Below, piece by piece: positions 62,110 through 64,000 of a stretch of DNA of 64,000 nucleotides. The notes beneath the pieces were generated by a model, which saw only the letters and a list, made by a program, of their open reading frames with translations, was not told the DNA's origin and did no database searches. Numbering within the stretch: position 1 is the first letter of the stretch; each line of letters opens with the position of its first letter. The stretch comes from Anolis carolinensis (taxonomy: Eukaryota): the NCBI RefSeq assembly GCF_035594765.1, contig NC_085841.1:62231636-62295635 (forward strand). The letters run 5' to 3'. The position numbers were made by a program, and so were the translations under genes.

Positions 62110-63349
62110 TACTTACAACTATAAATATACACTTTTCTTTAAACCTTGGGATCACAAGCCACAGTTCCAACTCATCTTCTGCACAATGGCTCCTGGGATA
62201 TGTGTGCAGGAATATATTTCCTTCTGAGGCCTGCCTCTGAGCCATGTCCTGATTTTGTGAAATAAAGCAATGCTTCCTGATATGGGTCTTGGAAGACCGC
62301 TGTACCTGAATGCTCTGAGTATGTTGGCAGTTTTCCTTGGGCAAATCCGCTTGTGTCCTGAAGGCCTCATGCGCCTGCATTAATGGCCCTATATTGCCCA
62401 TCTGTGCACCATATGGGGCAATACCAGAGGCTTGGTTAAAAAAAGAAGCAGAACAGACATTTGCTTAGAAACTTTCAGCTTTATTGTTTCTGCAGGCTGT
62501 TCTGCATTTTACTTTGCCATCTCTTGTCAACTCACATAAAACCTTTATGCTTGAAAGCTAGGCAGGGAAGACAGAAGGACTGGGATGGGGGAATGGGACA
62601 GAAGATGCCTACATGAAACGTGGTTGTTTAAAAACATTTGAGTGCCATTAGGCAGTCATGTAAAGGCAGTAATAATCTTGCTAAGATAAACTGCTGTCTG
62701 CATCATTGTGCCGTTTCACAAATTGCTCTCACTGCTTTCCCAGGAAACCTGACTAAAAATAGCCCACAACAGTGATAAATGATGTTGAGCTGAAATGCTG
62801 TTACCAGCATGGCTTCTCTCTCTCTTGCAAGGAACTGCTACAAGGAATTTAAAACCAAAGAAAGCAAAATGCAAGCATTAATGAGAGTCACCTTAAAAAA
62901 AAAACCCAAAAACAATGGGTATTAATACAGGAAACCTCATCATGTAGTGTTTCCTTGTTAGTGGAAGATAGACTTCTTGTTCTGCTGCTGAGATTACTGG
63001 ATCACATTTTGTATATAAAGACTAGAATGCCTTTGTGATGTTGAGGAGACATTTTCTCTAGTGTATTTCAGATCATCAGGGATTATTTCTTCTCAATGTG
63101 CTGGTTCGAAACTCTTGATACTGCAAGCCTATGCTTGCCTGCTCAGATATAGTTCCCCTGTTGAGTTCAGTAGAGCTTCTGCCAAAGTAGATCTTGGGAA
63201 AGTTAGACTTTGATAATTTTTAATTTATTTATTTATTTTACATCCCAGCCTTCCTTCAGGATGGGAACAAAGGTGACTTACAAAAAGGGTAAACAAGACA
63301 AAGATCTAAAAAACCTTATGATTAAAAAGAGGCAAAACACAGTGTTAAA

Positions 63350-63518
63350 TTGGATGTTTTTAATTAATGTTTTAATTTGTTTTAATTGTAATTGTTATAA
63401 ATATTATGTTTCTTGGCATCTAATGGTTGCCAATTGTGAGGCCGCCTTGAGTCATCCTCCCCACCCCCAGGGGGTGAGAAGGACAGAATATAAATGTCTG
63501 AAAAAATTAAATAAAAAT
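63350..63518 (+). mobile_element. L2-type 3' tail (an oppositely oriented tail lies at ~63225-63285)
   Basis: tgtgaggccgccttgagtc...ggggtgagaaggacagaatataaat. Confidence 0.65.
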
Positions 63519-64000
63519 CAATTAAAACAAGTTATTGTATCAAAATGCCATTAATTTTTTAAAGTGTGAAATAATTTACGAACATAAGAATACAGTTTAA
63601 AAATGCAAATGACATACCCTGCTTGGTCCTGCTCTCACTGATGTGGTAAAAACATCTGTCACACTCCAAAATGAAGGTAACTTTTCACACAATTAAATTG
63701 TGCTCCTCACAAAATAGACATACGTACCTTTCTTGCACACAGTAAACACTGATGTTGGGGAAAGAAGTAAACCATGTCTCCCAGATTTGCTAGATTTTTT
63801 ATTTTAGTTGAATGGTGTTTAACCCAAGCACTCCTATGATCTCATCACATTGTCGAAAATAAGCGTCCTTGGATGCTTAGAGCCTTCTTTGGGGTCAGAG
63901 ACCCATGACAGCCATCACACAACATTGTGTGACTTCTGGCTGTGGCTCTGACCCCAGCCGGACTGAAAGCATTGCTGGACATGTTCCCAGCAACTCTGGG

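Overview
Non-coding-dominated, AT-rich vertebrate DNA, almost certainly from a squamate and probably Anolis-like (Sauria SINEs, Poseidon-type Penelope, Vingi, CR1, L2, many hAT/mariner/Harbinger MITEs). I found no intact host protein-coding exon. Main contents: (1) the 3' 4.6 kb of a young but disrupted Helitron (Rep+PIF1 helicase) with a SINE insertion and three stacked 3' terminators; (2) a 3.7-kb TSD-flanked Penelope insertion made of two 1851-bp inverted arms, each with an open RT+GIY-YIG frame and a minimal hammerhead ribozyme; (3) an isolated Ig kappa-like V pseudogene (45.67-45.93 kb) that the ORF track misses, apparently cut from its splice acceptor by a MITE; (4) an unexplained promoter + T-rich leader + ORF unit fused to an old Penelope fragment (48.5-49.9 kb); (5) a compact candidate stress-responsive promoter/first exon (three C/EBP-ATF sites, AP-1, TATA, splice donor) at 57.8-58.1 kb; (6) sequence sharing between DNA-transposon superfamilies. 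There is one assembly gap (53286-53414). All calls were made by eye; no database searches were run.
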